DNA of 63,744 nt, filler included, from Octopus bimaculoides (taxonomy: Eukaryota), in NCBI RefSeq assembly GCF_001194135.2. It is 3 parts of 3 records of this genome, joined end to end, with 100 filler letters (N's around TTAATTAATTAA, not from the genome) between each part and the next. Parts side by side here need not be neighbours in the genome. Positions count along the whole stretch, not along the records: positions 26,248 to 53,890 come from NC_068984.1; 2 more parts are not named here. The stretch is one strand, 5' to 3'. Below are positions 26,944 to 41,269 of the stretch, one piece after another. The position numbers and the translations under genes are program-made. Numbering within the stretch: position 1 is the stretch's first letter; each line of letters starts with the position of its first letter. The notes beneath the pieces are model-generated. The model ran no database searches. It saw only the letters and a program-made list of their open reading frames with translations, and had not been told where the DNA came from.

Positions 26944-27150
26944 ACGCATGCACATATGTGTGTTTGGCTTGCACCGCTGCTTAACAACTGATGTTGGTTT
27001 GCTTACATCCTCTTAACTTGGCAGTTTGGCATTAGAGACCAATAAAATAAGTACCAGGCTTAAAAGAAAATAAGTACTGAACTCGATTCATTTGAATAAA
27101 ACCCTTCAAGGCAGTGCCCCAGTGTGGCCACAATCCAGTGACTGAAACAA
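26765..27150 (+). mobile_element. SINE family A (diverged)
   Basis: Head, (TG)n core and tail all recognisable. Confidence 0.75.
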
Positions 27151-27289
27151 GAAAGTAAAAAAAAAATATAAAAGCTTATGCATATAAATGTGCATGTGTG
27201 TGAATGTGTGTGTGTGTGTGTAAAGGTAAGGTCCAAGGCTCAAGGTGTAGGAAGTTAGTGAGCTTCAAGCAGTCTGTAGAAGGTACAAA

Positions 27290-27828
27290 AAATAACTTTC
27301 AGGAACAATTGTTGGGGCAAGTGAAATCGAAATCGAAATCGAAATTGAACCATACTCGATGACTGGCACCTGCACCAGTGGAGCACTAACAGCACTGTCC
27401 GAGCGTGTTCATTGCCAGAGCAGCTGTCTGGCTTCTGTGCTAGTGGCCCGTAAATAGCACCATTTGAGCGTAATGGTTACCAGCGTTGCCTTCTAGCACT
27501 TGTGCTGGTGGCACATTAGAAAATCATTCGAGCAAGGTCATTGCCAGTGCCGCTGGACTGGCTCCCATGCAGGTGGCATGTAAAAAACACCTTTTTGAGC
27601 GTGGCCGTCGCCAGTACCGTGTGACTGGCCCTTGTGCCGGTGGCACGTAAAAGCACCCACTACACTCTCGGAGTGGTTGGCGTTAGGAAGGGCATCCAGC
27701 TGTAGAAACTCTGCCAGATCAGATTGGAGCCTGGTGCAGCCTTCTGGCTTGCCAGTCCTCAGTCAAATCGTCCAACCCATGCTAGCATGGAAAGCGGACG
27801 TTAAACGATGATGATGATGATGATGATG
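27290..27828 (+). mobile_element. Family B element (young)
   Basis: Near-consensus 3' end with (GAT)n tail; inverted partner at ~35030-35520. Confidence 0.9.
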
Positions 27829-28254
27829 AAGGATGTAAAGGGCTATTACTACCTCTGAAGTTCTGCTAGCTATGAAACATATGTAACCTGCATTTTCATT
27901 ATTCTATTCCCTAATTTTGGATGTATACATATATATGTGGGGGGGGGATGTTAGTCAAGGAGGGAAGACATGCATATAAGCATATGTATATATATGATAT
28001 CCAAAAGTTGACAATCTGAAATTTATCCCAGGTTAGGCTGTTAACTTATCTTAAGGGTAAAACTGAGAGTAAGATGTCAGCTTTTGATACAATATACATA
28101 TCAATCCATTGTACCCAATGCATTGAATGTTATATCAGACAATATTTGCATCATGTAAAATATATCTTAGTGATATACTTTATGAAGGCAGGCGAGCTGG
28201 CAGCATCATTGGCACACTGGGCAAGATGCTTAGTGGTATTTCATCTGTCTTTAC

Positions 28255-28664
28255 ATTCTATCTCTTTTACTCTTTTACTTGTTTCAGTCATTTTGACTAC
28301 AGCCATGCTGGAGCACTGCCTTTAGTCGAGAAAATCGAACCCAGGACTTATTCTTTGTAAGCCTAGTACTTATTTTATCGGTCTCTTTTTTGCCAAACCG
28401 CTAAGTTATGGGGACGTAAACACACCAGCATCGGTTGTCAAGCGACGGTGGGAGAACGAACACAGACACACAAACACACATACACATATATATATACATA
28501 TATATGACGGGCTTCTTTTAGTTTCCGTCTACCAAATCCACTCACAAGGCTTTGGTCAGCCTGAGGCTATAGTAGAAGACACTTGCCCAAGGTGCCATGC
28601 AGTGGGACTGAACCCGGAACCATATGGTTGGTAAGCAAGCTACTTACCACACAGCCACTCCTGC

Positions 28665-28665
<1 letters not shown>
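28255..28665 (-). mobile_element. SINE family A (young, near full length)
   Basis: Retains many CpGs; complete head to tail. Confidence 0.9.
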
Positions 28666-30745
<2,080 letters not shown>

Positions 30746-30815
30746 TGACAATAATAATGATAGTGAGCTAGCATGTCAGTAAATACTCTATTTTTCTTTT
30801 CTTGCTAACTCACAG

Positions 30816-30954
30816 AAACTTCCAGGGAAGTTAAAAAAGATGTTTTCAGAGTTTGAAACCATTATGGACCCTTCTCGGAACCATCGTGTCTACAGACTGT
30901 CCATTTCAAAGATGCGTCCGCCGATCATCCCATTCATGCCTCTAATGATGAAAG
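30816..30954 (+). CDS. RAPGEF4: Epac/RAPGEF4-like, first visible coding exon (RasGEF domain)
   Basis: Acceptor cacag|AAA, donor G|gtaagt; 139 nt; encodes [46 protein letters not shown], matching the Epac2 motif KLPSKFKK...[11 protein letters not shown]...PPLIPFMPLLIK. Confidence 0.95.
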
Positions 30955-31129
30955 GTAAGTGAGTTACTGTCTCCACCTCTGCACCCTGTTCATCTTTGTC
31001 TAAGAGTCATCAGTGTCACCCTCACCACCACCTTCACCTTTTTCTTTGTTTTCTTTATTCAGCCCAAGGTCAGCTATGACCATCTCTTCATATTTGTTCA
31101 ATGTATATTTTGAAAAATTATAGTATTTG

Positions 31130-31790
31130 ATTTGTAGGAGATTGATCAAGGCTGTGTATAGATTCTTATGTAGCATCACATGTTCTTAGCATGGAGCATT
31201 CCATGGACCTTTGTATCACAGCAAGTCTTTGTTCTACCTTCTTGACAGTAGTTCAAGTCTCATTTGTGTAGATAAGATGATGTCATTGAAGAGATTGGCA
31301 GATAGGGTCTTGTCCAGCTTTTCTCTGGGCCTCTCTTTAACTGAGACAAACACCTTCCATTCTGCTCTCTCTGCTTGAGATTTCAGCATTCATATCTTGA
31401 CATATTTAATACCAGTCCTAAATAGTTGTATTTCTTCACCCCAACAATTTCATCACTACCCACCACTATTCAGCATTTTCAAATCATGTGTATTTTGAGG
31501 ACTACTGCTGAACTTTGGGTGTCCAGCTCGGTCAACAAGATCTGTGGCTGATCATTGATTTCTGCAATGAGCATGATGTCATTTATGAATTAGAGGTGCT
31601 TTATTAACTCACTACTAATGTTGATTCCACCTTTCCAATTAGAGTCTCTGATCGCCCATTTCAAGACATGCTGTGATGAACTTTGGAATGATGGTATCTC
31701 TCTGTTTGATGCCATTCCTGGCTGGAACTCTTATGGATGATGACAGCAGACCTACATCCCAAATTCACTTCACTAAGAAGTTTGATGTAT
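31130..31790 (-). mobile_element. Degenerate RTE LINE RT fragment
   Basis: Minus-strand FINDIMLIAE (YADD-like) and NYLGLV motifs with stops. Confidence 0.6.
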
Positions 31791-32246
31791 TATGACTCAA
31801 TGCCTAAATGACTCAGTCACATGTGGGGGTAATCAGACCACTCTACGTTGGAACAATAAAATGTGTGTAACCAGAAGCTGCTAAGAATCTCAGGTACCTG
31901 AAGGCCGCCAAGAAGTAGAAGAATAAACCTCCAATCCTGCAGATACTTTGCTGCTTCAAATCAGCTGACTGATTAGAGTTCCACCAATTCTATGCTGAAA
32001 ATCCTTTACATAATAAATGTATCATCTTCAACCCATCAAAAACAGCTGAGGGACTGACTATCCTCTTAGGACATGTCCCTTCACATCCTACAACTAAAAT
32101 TCCTGACTTTAGTCCCCAAAACTCTTTGATCTCTGACTTATAGATGTGCCATCTCCTCCATCTCACATATATATTTATTCCCTCAGTCACACTGAGGAAA
32201 TTTCTACACTGTCTTATTAATTTTTATTTCAATTTATCATCCATAG

Positions 32247-32311
32247 ACATGACATTCACTCATGAAGGGAATAAAACATACTATGATGGCCTGGTGAACT
32301 TTGAGAAAATG
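32247..32311 (+). CDS. RAPGEF4: Epac/RAPGEF4-like coding exon
   Basis: ccatag|AC ... ATG|gtaagg; 65 nt; phase fits the previous exon; (D)MTFTHEGNKTYYDGLVNFEKM matches Epac DMTFTHEGNKT...LVNFEKM. Confidence 0.96.
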
Positions 32312-32638
32312 GTAAGGCTTAATGTTTAACTTCTGTGTTTTTGTTAATATTTTTATGTTACTTCCTCAGGTAACTATGTATAGTGTGTGGGTGTGTATAT
32401 ATATATATATATATATCTATATATATATATATATATAATGCATACACATGCAAGCATACATGCATACATACATACATACAGCTGCCTTCCATTTTCATGT
32501 TTAATACAATTCACTTCAAGTTTCCTTTAAATTATACCCTCTACTCTGGGGTGTATCTCAAAATTCATCACCATTTCACACCATATTTTCCTTAACTCTC
32601 TACTGCAACTCTTTAGTATCTCAGGCATAGCATCATTG

Positions 32639-32870
32639 CATTCTTCTTCTATCTTTACATTCTTCTTCTATCTTTACATTCTTCTTCTATCTTTACATTC
32701 TTCTTCTATCTTTACATTCTTCTTCTATCTTTACATTCTTCTTCTATCTTTACATTCTTCTTCTATCTTTACATTCTTCTTCTATCTTTACATTCTTCTT
32801 CTATCTTTACATTCTTCTTCTATCTTTACATTCTTCTTCTATCTTTACATTCTTCTTCTATCTTTACATT
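32639..32870. repeat. 19-bp minisatellite, ~12 perfect copies
   Basis: (cattcttcttctatcttta)n. Confidence 0.97.
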
Positions 32871-33508
32871 CCAAGTTCATATTCCACCGAGGTTGACTTT
32901 GCTTTTCATCCTTTTGGTGTCGATAAAATAAATACCAGTGGAGCATTGTGGGGTGATATAATTGATTAACCCACTTCCCTGAACTTTCTGATCTTGTGTC
33001 AAAATTTGAAACCAATTACATTAAAATCATCAGACCCTTTCCTTCACACTTTCATGTAACTATCTAACTTGTGAGCTATCCCACTACTCCTAAGTTTCTC
33101 TACACTTTAGTTTACATAAGGCCTTCACTATTACAAGACCTGATTATGTAAAATCTGAACATTGTCATCATATGTCTTCCTTCAGCTATATCCTTCACTC
33201 TCTAACTTATCTCATCTCTGAGCTGTCTACACCAAGCATCTCTTGACATACATCAACGCTAGAGAACTTCTCCAAACTTTCACCAAACAACCCTAAATAC
33301 CTTGAAGATGTAACTGTAGAGGAGACTGAAATAGTCTCTGATCATGTGTCTGCTAGACAATAGTTGACCAGCAGCCAAACAACAATAACAGTCTAAAGAC
33401 TACATTCGTTCCCTTTCACTAATCATGATATCTCTCTTATATCATCTTTTGTTTAGATTCATGTCATTAACACCTCAGTCTAATTAATTTGTTTTTCATT
33501 TCCATTAG

Positions 33509-33563
33509 CATATGATTGCTCAGACGTTGAGAACTGTAAGATGCTGCCGAAGTATGCCACTAA
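33509..33563 (+). CDS. RAPGEF4: Epac/RAPGEF4-like coding exon
   Basis: ccattag|CAT ... CTA A|gtaagt; 55 nt; HMIAQTLRTVRCCRSMPL resembles Epac2 RMIANTARTVRYYRSQPF; phases 0/1 consistent. Confidence 0.92.
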
Positions 33564-33894
33564 GTAAGTACCAAATTTTTTCGTTTGTTTTATTTTTGTC
33601 AAATCTTTCTTAAATGCCATCATGGTTATATTTCTAATGAGCTGACCAACTTTGAGTTTTAATTAATTTTGAATATAATCAAGTTTTAGAAAAAGTTTAT
33701 TATAATATCTGTAATTTTATATATGAGAAATTGTTTATCTGGTACCATGACAACACTGATGTAGCAGACCTTCCAACCATGACTGTTCCAATGTAAAACA
33801 AAGCTCTTTGCTCAAGAACACAACACACCACCTGGTCCAGGGATCAAACCCCCCCACACACACACACACACATATATATATACATACATACATT

Positions 33895-33942
<48 letters not shown>

Positions 33943-35029
33943 CAAGACAAAAAATGGAACAAGAACATAACAGGCAACAACAAAACATTCGGACAGTAGA
34001 TGATACAAAAGAGGACAGGAAAAAACAAGGACAGGACATTCAGAGCTTTCAATCTTCAGTTGAGAAGCAGATCGTCCCTGCAGTTTCAGCAGGTTAATTT
34101 CAAGACTGCTCTAATCTAGCCGGCCCCAAAGAAATCTAAGCTAAGAGCACTAGATTCTTTGGAAGAAATCAAGCGAATGTATACAAAAACAAGGACGTAA
34201 AGTAAAAGAACGGAGAAATAGTACACAATTACAAATACAAATAACAGGACATTAACAACAGGTGTCTTTCGACTAAGGACGAATTAAATGAAGCTGGCAT
34301 GTGTGGAAGTGAAAGCCTTACAGCAGGAACATAGAAGATGAAAGTCATGGGAAGAAATATGAGAGATGCTGCATGGATGGTAGTTGAACCAAGAAAGTAA
34401 GGTCAGGCTTGGCTGAACATCGGTCATGTGGAAGGAGAGGAGAGAGTTAGTGGGTAGAGGGATTGAAGAATTAGGGAGGGATGAGAAAGAAAGAAAAAAA
34501 GGGGGAGGTAAAGGAGGAGGGAAAGAGATGAGAATGAAGGGAGATATATGTTGTAAATTTAAGTGGAATGGGTGGAATTTCCATATTGTCATCTGTATTC
34601 TTTGGCTGTTCTTATTCTAACAGCTTCAGACTCAGATTCTTATTGATAAACTTTCTCTATAGGACACTAACAACTCAGCTGCACTATCCTTTATGAATTC
34701 TTCAAATCCCACATCATATGCAAATATTTAAGTAGCTGAAGAGTAAGATTACTGTCCATATCCTGAAATCATGCTTTACAAGTTTCCCCAAGTGCAAAAT
34801 CTCATACCCAAAGGTAGCTGAAACATTAGGGATGGCTATTTATATATATTTTTGGATGAAATCTCTTGTGAATTAACATCAGATTCCTTGACAACAATGT
34901 AACCTTAATTTGACTAAGGTAACTTTGGCACAACAAGTAGCTAGTGGATTACTCCTCATTTGAGTAATTACTACATTTCAGTATGTAATATGGATTTTAT
35001 CTACTCCATTCCCTAATTCTGGATATATA

Positions 35030-35690
35030 TCATCATCGTTTAACGTTCAGTTTCCATGCTAGCATGGGTTGGACGATTTGACTGAGGACTTGCAAGCCAG
35101 AAGGCTGCACCAGGCTCCAATCTGATCTGGCAGAGTTTCTACAGCTGGATGCCCTTCCTAATGCCAACCACTCCAAGAGCATAGTGGGTGCTTTTACGTG
35201 CCACCGGCACGAGGGCCAGTTACCCGGTACTGGCAATGGCCACCTCAAAAAGGTGTTTTTTACATGCCACCTGCACGGGAGCCAGTCCAGCAGCACTGGC
35301 AACGACCTCACTCAAATGATTTTCTAACATGCCACCAGCACAAGTGCTAGAAGGCAACACTGGTAACGATTACACTAAAATGGTGCTATTTACGGGCCAC
35401 TAGCATGGAAGCCAGACAGCTACTCTGGCAATGAACACGTTCGGACAGTGCTGTTAGTGCTCCACTGGCGCAGGTGCCAGTCATCGTGTATGGTTCAATT
35501 ACGCTTTTGATTTCACTTGTCCCAACAGGTCTTCGCAAGCAGAGTTTAGTGTCCAATGAAGGAGAGGTTGGCATGGGTGCCAGTCGTCGGATTTGGTTCA
35601 ATTTCGATTTCAGATTTCAAATTCCAAATTCACTTGCCTCAACAGGTTTTCGCAAGCAGGGCTTTTAGTGTCCAATGAAGTAAAGATATG
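35030..35690 (-). mobile_element. Family B element (young)
   Basis: Reverse complement closely matches 27290-27828. Confidence 0.9.
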
Positions 35691-37479
35691 AATTAGTGAG
35701 AGTTTGTGTTTTTGAGTTACTGCATTACCTGTTCCTTAATTAATATGTAAGCTGAACATGTCACAGATACTTTTAAGCTTAAACTAAAGCAAAAATCAAC
35801 TTGACACAGTGTAACAAGGCTGCATTTTTGTGAATTACAAGTACAGTCCATCCAACTGGCTGCTATAAAGTTTGTTCACCCAATTTCACTTACAAGTTAT
35901 GTGTCAACTTATGACATTTACCCAAGATGCCACACTGTGTCAACAAACCTGGAACCTCGTGGACTTCCTTACAATTCAAGAATACTGTGTATGTGTGCAG
36001 GTGTGCGTGCATGCATGTTTGTGTGTGTATACATACAGGCGTGGGTGCGTGGTAAGAAGTTTGCTTCCCAGTCTCATGGATCTGGGTTAAGTTCCACCGC
36101 ACTTTTTTAATATAGCCCCTCGCAGGTGGATTTGTTAGACAGAAACTGAAAGCCCGGTTTGTGTGTCTGGATATTGCATGAAAACGAATGTCCCCGTCAT
36201 GCAAGCAGTGTCCTTTCTTTCCAATCTTTCTTGCAAAACATGGCGAAATGTTACCTTGTTTGAAAACAGGTGTGGGTTGGCGACAGGATATGTAGAAAAA
36301 CTGCCCCAACATTTTCGTCTGATTCATGGTTCTGGAAATATTGGACGTGAAAACCATCATGATGATAATGATATAAGTGCATGCGCACAGATACTTTCAT
36401 ACAGTTGTACAATGCTTTCAACATACTTGGAGGTGTATTCAACAAGCATTGTATATTTCACATAAGTTGAGAGTGACACAGCTTAAAAGATTGCATTCGT
36501 GGTTTTTAACGCATATAAGAAATTCGGTGGGAAGCGCAACGATTGATTATACTGAATCCAGTATTTGACTGGTACTGTATTTTACCGACCTCATAAACTA
36601 TATACTGCAAGGCAATATTTGAAATATATTCATTTAACCAGCTAGAGTTATGTCCTCTTCATAGTTTTTAAGTATGTTGACATAATTACGTCCCTTCTAG
36701 GGTTTAATTAACAGAATTACTTCCCTTAGAATTTTGTTGGTTCATGAGTTATGTCCCTTTTATTAAAATCTTGATTCGTACTTGCTCACTTTCTTATGCT
36801 GATCATTACTAATTTCTATGAACTCTGTCCTTGTGCTGAACTTCATTAAAAATATTAATTCACATCTTTACACTGCAATTCTCATTTCTTTGAAGAAAAG
36901 CTATTCATCTCTCCTCACGAGGCACAAACTTGTATTACATTCTTCTGAGAGTTACATCCTTTAGTTGTTACTAACATAAAGCAATTGAATGAAAAAAATT
37001 CCAGTTTTAATTTTTGTGGCAAAAAGAAAATATAATTTTATCTCACACGATATTTGACTGACAATTTATCTTTCTCTGACGCTTTATTCAACTTTCATTA
37101 CTTTTTTGTTTTTTTTATAAGTTTTATTATCCAATAATAGGAAAATATTTAACGATTTGTAATCTTGTCTTAATATTTTACGCATTTTTTAAAAAATTGT
37201 GTGATTAAGTGATGTAACAAACAAACAAAAAGAAAAGGAAATCATATGTAACTTTAATTAATTATCAAGGATACAAAAACAGTTTTCACCATTCCATATC
37301 ATTGTTAGCAGAATCGTTTGAGCATCGGACAAAAAAGTTTGTGGTATTTGTTTCAACCCTTCATGTTCCGAGTTTAAATTGCGCAAAGGTCAACTTTGTC
37401 CTTCATCCTCTCTGGGTCAATGAAATAAATCATCATTCAAGAGAGATTGATTTAACGACTAACCCGCGAAATTTGTTAT

Positions 37480-37711
37480 TATTGGGTTGTCCGGAAAGTT
37501 TGTGCCGTTTTATGGTAGCTTACCTTTTGACTTATTTGCCATGAAACCACCTCAATTCAGAGAAGAAGGTATTTTCAAATTAAGGGAAAGATGGAGATGC
37601 ATTGTGCAACCAAATAGTTCATATTTGGTTGATTAAAAATGTAATGGCAAGTATTTATTGACCTTTTTCTTTCCTTTAAAAATCGGCACGAACTTTCCGG
37701 ACAACGCAATA
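37480..37711 (+). mobile_element. mariner deletion derivative (MITE)
   Basis: TIRs TAttgggttgtccggaaagtttgtgccg / cggcacgaactttccggacaacgcaaTA; internal EGIFKLRERWRCIVQPNSSYLVD* resembles the mariner transposase C-terminus. Confidence 0.85.
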
Positions 37712-37801
37712 TTTTTGCGGGGAGAAATTATGGTGAGCAATTGAAAGTGTTAAATATATTTATTTCAAACTAACAACGATTTATTCCTTTTGAACTCTTA
37801 G

Positions 37802-37859
37802 ATTTGGATATACCAAGCAGTTCTGTGAAACCACCTTTTGAAGTTAAGGCTTATGTAAG
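37802..37859 (+). CDS. RAPGEF4: Epac/RAPGEF4-like penultimate coding exon
   Basis: cttag|AT ... AG|gtcagt; 58 nt; (N)LDIPSSSVKPPFEVKAYV(R); bridges the phase-1 and phase-2 neighbours and supplies the conserved EV+xY[VI]R motif. Confidence 0.85.
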
Positions 37860-38051
37860 GTCAGTGGAAAAAGATAATTCTTTTTATGCATCTTTCCTTT
37901 CTCAGTGAATTACTTTATTGCTTGCTTTATATTTAGATTGGTGAATAACCTCGTTGGGGGAGTGCCTGTAACTCAGTGTTGAAAAAATATTACAAGAGAC
38001 CTTGCTTGAAAATCACTGGTGTTTTGATGAGAGATATACACATACCTAGGT

Positions 38052-38425
38052 ACAGGCATGGCTGTATGGTAAGAAGCTCACTTCCCGACCATGTGGTTCT
38101 GGGTTCAGTCCCACTGCATAGCACCTAGGGCAAGTGACTGGACTTGGTAGATGGAAACTGAAGGAAACCCATCGCATATATATATATATATGCGTGTGTG
38201 TGTGTCTCTTTGTCTCTGTATTTATTCCCCCATCACTGCTTGACAACCAGTGTTTGGTGTGTTTATGTCCCCATAACATAGCAGTTTAGCAAAAGAGAAT
38301 GATAGAATAAGTACTAGGCTTACGAAATAAGTCCCGGGGTCAATTAGTTTGCCTAAAAACCCTTCAAGGTGGTACTCCAGCCTAGTCACAGTCAAATAAC
38401 TGAAACAAATAAAAGAATAAAAGAG
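38052..38425 (+). mobile_element. SINE family A
   Basis: Head, core and tail with a small internal deletion. Confidence 0.85.
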
Positions 38426-38599
38426 TATATATTTCTAACAAATGCAACTCACATGGTTTCATGAATGTCAAGCTATGGAAAAAAGAAGCTTGTCTAAAGT
38501 ACCACAGTGAGATTGAACTGGGAACGATGCAGTGATTCACAATGAAATGCCTTATAAAAACATCTCAACCATCAACTGCTTTGAACTTATATCTGGTTA

Positions 38600-39000
38600 C
38601 AGAATCTTTCGCCATCTAGCTGAGTGGTTGTCTTCACTGAAGACAAACTTCAAATTTGCAACCTTCTATCTCAGTGTCTGAATCACAAAGTTTATTTGGC
38701 TTGCATTTTTGCCTGAATGGTTGGTGATAAAGTAGCTATCTGTTTTCCTGAAGTCCATATTATAAATAATTTGATCATTTGCATCCCAGAACTGCAAGAG
38801 ACTTGGACTCACTTCATTCCATTTACCATAACCTTAATGTCTATGTACATCAGAATAGTAATCATGGCATTATTGCCCAACATGCCTATTCATGTCAACA
38901 GCTGCAAAAAGGAGTTTGTAGTTGTCTGTTATCAGAGTAGTTTGGAAGTAGGCCTCATAGAAACAGTTCTTTTACTCAATTGTCACATTTAATTGCAGAG
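38600..39000 (-). mobile_element. Degenerate RTE LINE endonuclease fragment
   Basis: Minus strand DANDQIIYNMDFRKTDSYFITNHSG...SQINFV resembles the RTE APE motif. Confidence 0.55.
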
Positions 39001-39255
39001 TATACTGCTGTTGTTGTCTTGCCTGAGGTATATATTGCATCAACAACAGATGACAGTGAATGAGGCTGTCTCTATAGTACTAGATGGAGAAAGGGTGGGG
39101 AAGAGAGTCTGTGTTATATCAGACAGAAGGGGCAGGTAGCAAGACAAGTGAAGAGGCTTCATCTTTGTTAGGATAGTTTGAGTAATGGTTGGTCATAATT
39201 GTTATAGGGGATTGAGGCCACCATTCATGTGACTGTTCAGTAAGAGAGCATTGCA

Positions 39256-41023
39256 CTATGTAGCAATTTTTTTCGTTTTCTTTTTTTTTTTTTGTCTTTC
39301 GTTAATAAGTATTATTTCCTATTTGCTTCTATCTAGATATCAAACGAAATGACTACTATTCCCTGCAAACTTTGCTTTTGTGATCTGGACATCAATGTTT
39401 TGAAATTGACCTACCATAAAAACCCATGTGATTTGCACACCTGTGTAATTTACGCCAATAATTTTCAGGATGAAATTTGTTAAAAAGAGCTTCTACTCAT
39501 GTAAAATTTGCACCCACAAATTTTCAGAATTTCCGATATAGCCAGGGGAAAAAGGTTTTCAATTTAGTTATATTTAGCATAATTTCACTTACTTATGACT
39601 AGATTTTATTAAATTTTCATTAAATAAAAATAATTTCTGTTTAACAGGTATCATATTGAAAGCTATTAAATTACAAAGTGTTTGTGTTGTTTACAATAAA
39701 CTTTATTTTACATTTCTTGCCCACAAGAGATTATGTCTGATCTTTTGCATACTGCTGTATGTCTTCTCAAATCACTATCACAGTAAAAGTTGTTGATAAG
39801 AATTACCAACAAAAACAAAGCTGATAAATACGCACAAGTGTTGCAAATTAAGTTTAATTACCAATAAACATCATCTTGAATGACACTTCATTCACCCGAC
39901 AGAGGAAGGTGACCGATCAGACTGATTATATAAACAGAATTCTTTTTCACCTATTCTTGTCGGAAATTTTGATACAGGGTATCGAAATTTTAATCCCTTT
40001 CACACTTATAAAATGTCAAGCAAACTTTAAAATTTGTCATTACCATTATTGTCAGTATGGCCAGAATTTATGAATCGTTTACAGTGAAGGAGAAATTAAA
40101 TATGTTGAATATGCATTTGAGCGTGGCAATACAGCTGCTGGAAGGCATTGTAATCTTAATGAAGCCAATGTTCAAAATTGGCATAAACAGTACGACAAAC
40201 TTAAAACTGTACCTAGTAAATAAACGAAAATAAAAACAGACAATCACAATTATCCTTATCATTACATTTTTTTACAATCAGGAATATCCATATCACTATG
40301 TATGCCAATGGTGTTCCATTGCGATAGGTAAAAACTCCAAGCAATGTAAAATATGGCCCCAACCAGCATGAACATCGGACATGAAAAATTAGTTAACTAT
40401 TCAATGGTTTTAGTAAACTTATACAGAAAAAATAAGCATTATACTATCCAGCATAAATAAAAGTCAACTTCATTATATTTAAGCCATTATTTTTTTCTGT
40501 AAAAACCTATTCTGACATTAAATGAGTCAACTTCTGGTATGAATGCTTACATTTTGTACGTCTTTTTCAACCAAAAAAATTTCAAAAAAAATTCTGGAAA
40601 TGATCTACTCATGTACATTACACACCCACTAAAGTTGATTATTATTTTTGCAGAAAAATGTGTGTAAATTACATGGGTTTTTAAGGTATTTTTCATTACA
40701 TTTCAGACATTCGGCACTGAGATGCTGAAGCAGAAATATTGTTATAGCAAATTCTCTACTCAATACCACAGATTTGCTTGTCAGTTGCTTGACCATAACC
40801 ACTTCAGCATGTCCCTTAGTGGCTGACAATATGTGCATCTCTGATCATGAGCAGGAATAATGGGAGAGCATCACAGCCATATGCTGAGAGATATTCTTTA
40901 GTGTTTGAATAAATGTAACAAAAGCGAAGTTTGAAGGAAATATTAGCCATTTTTCATACTTTCTAAGGGCAAGCAAATAGAAAATAACAGTTGCTATCCA
41001 AGGACATAAATTGTGTTACATAG
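39256..41023. mobile_element. Tc1/mariner-type MITE split by a nested insertion
   Basis: Left (39256-39413) and right (40687-41023) halves join to match the intact copy at 45829-46332. Confidence 0.85.
39414..40686 (+). mobile_element. pogo-like DNA transposon relic
   Basis: TA target duplication at 39412-39413 and 40687-40688; ~27-bp TIRs ccataaaaacccatgtgatttgcacac / gtgtgtaaattacatgggtttttaagg; frameshifted FTVKEKL/KYVEYAFERGNTAAGRHCNLNEANVQNWHKQ at ~40070-40190 resembles a Brinker-type (POGK-like) DNA-binding domain. Confidence 0.8.
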
Positions 41024-41167
41024 TATAGTATTTGTTCTAGTTACAGTAGTGTGTGTTTATATCTATTGCCAAAAATTTCAATATACTTGGCAATGTTAAA
41101 TTATACCTGAACAGCCTATCTCAGTAAAATTCAATTTCTAAAATATGTTTTCTTCTATGTCTTTCAG

Positions 41168-41240
41168 AAATTTGTGTGTTATGGACAATCAACGAACATT
41201 AACACAACTCTCCCACAAACTTGAACCAAGACGAACATAA
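41168..41240 (+). CDS. RAPGEF4: Epac/RAPGEF4-like terminal coding exon
   Basis: tttcag|A AAT...; NLCVMDNQRTLTQLSHKLEPRRT* matches the Epac2 C-terminus [20 protein letters not shown]; TAA at 41238-41240. Confidence 0.95.
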
Positions 41241-41269
41241 CATTGGTTAAACTGAAGTGATTCAATCTG

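Noticed and set aside
32639-32870. CRISPR-like array (also 41270-41545 and 42941-43060)
   Set aside because: Contiguous tandem units without unique spacers, eukaryotic context, and no cas genes.
33540-33550. Cys-Cys (TGC TGC) where Epac2 has Tyr-Tyr as 'hard-wired editing'
   Set aside because: This position varies among Epac orthologues, and one genomic sequence cannot support an editing history.
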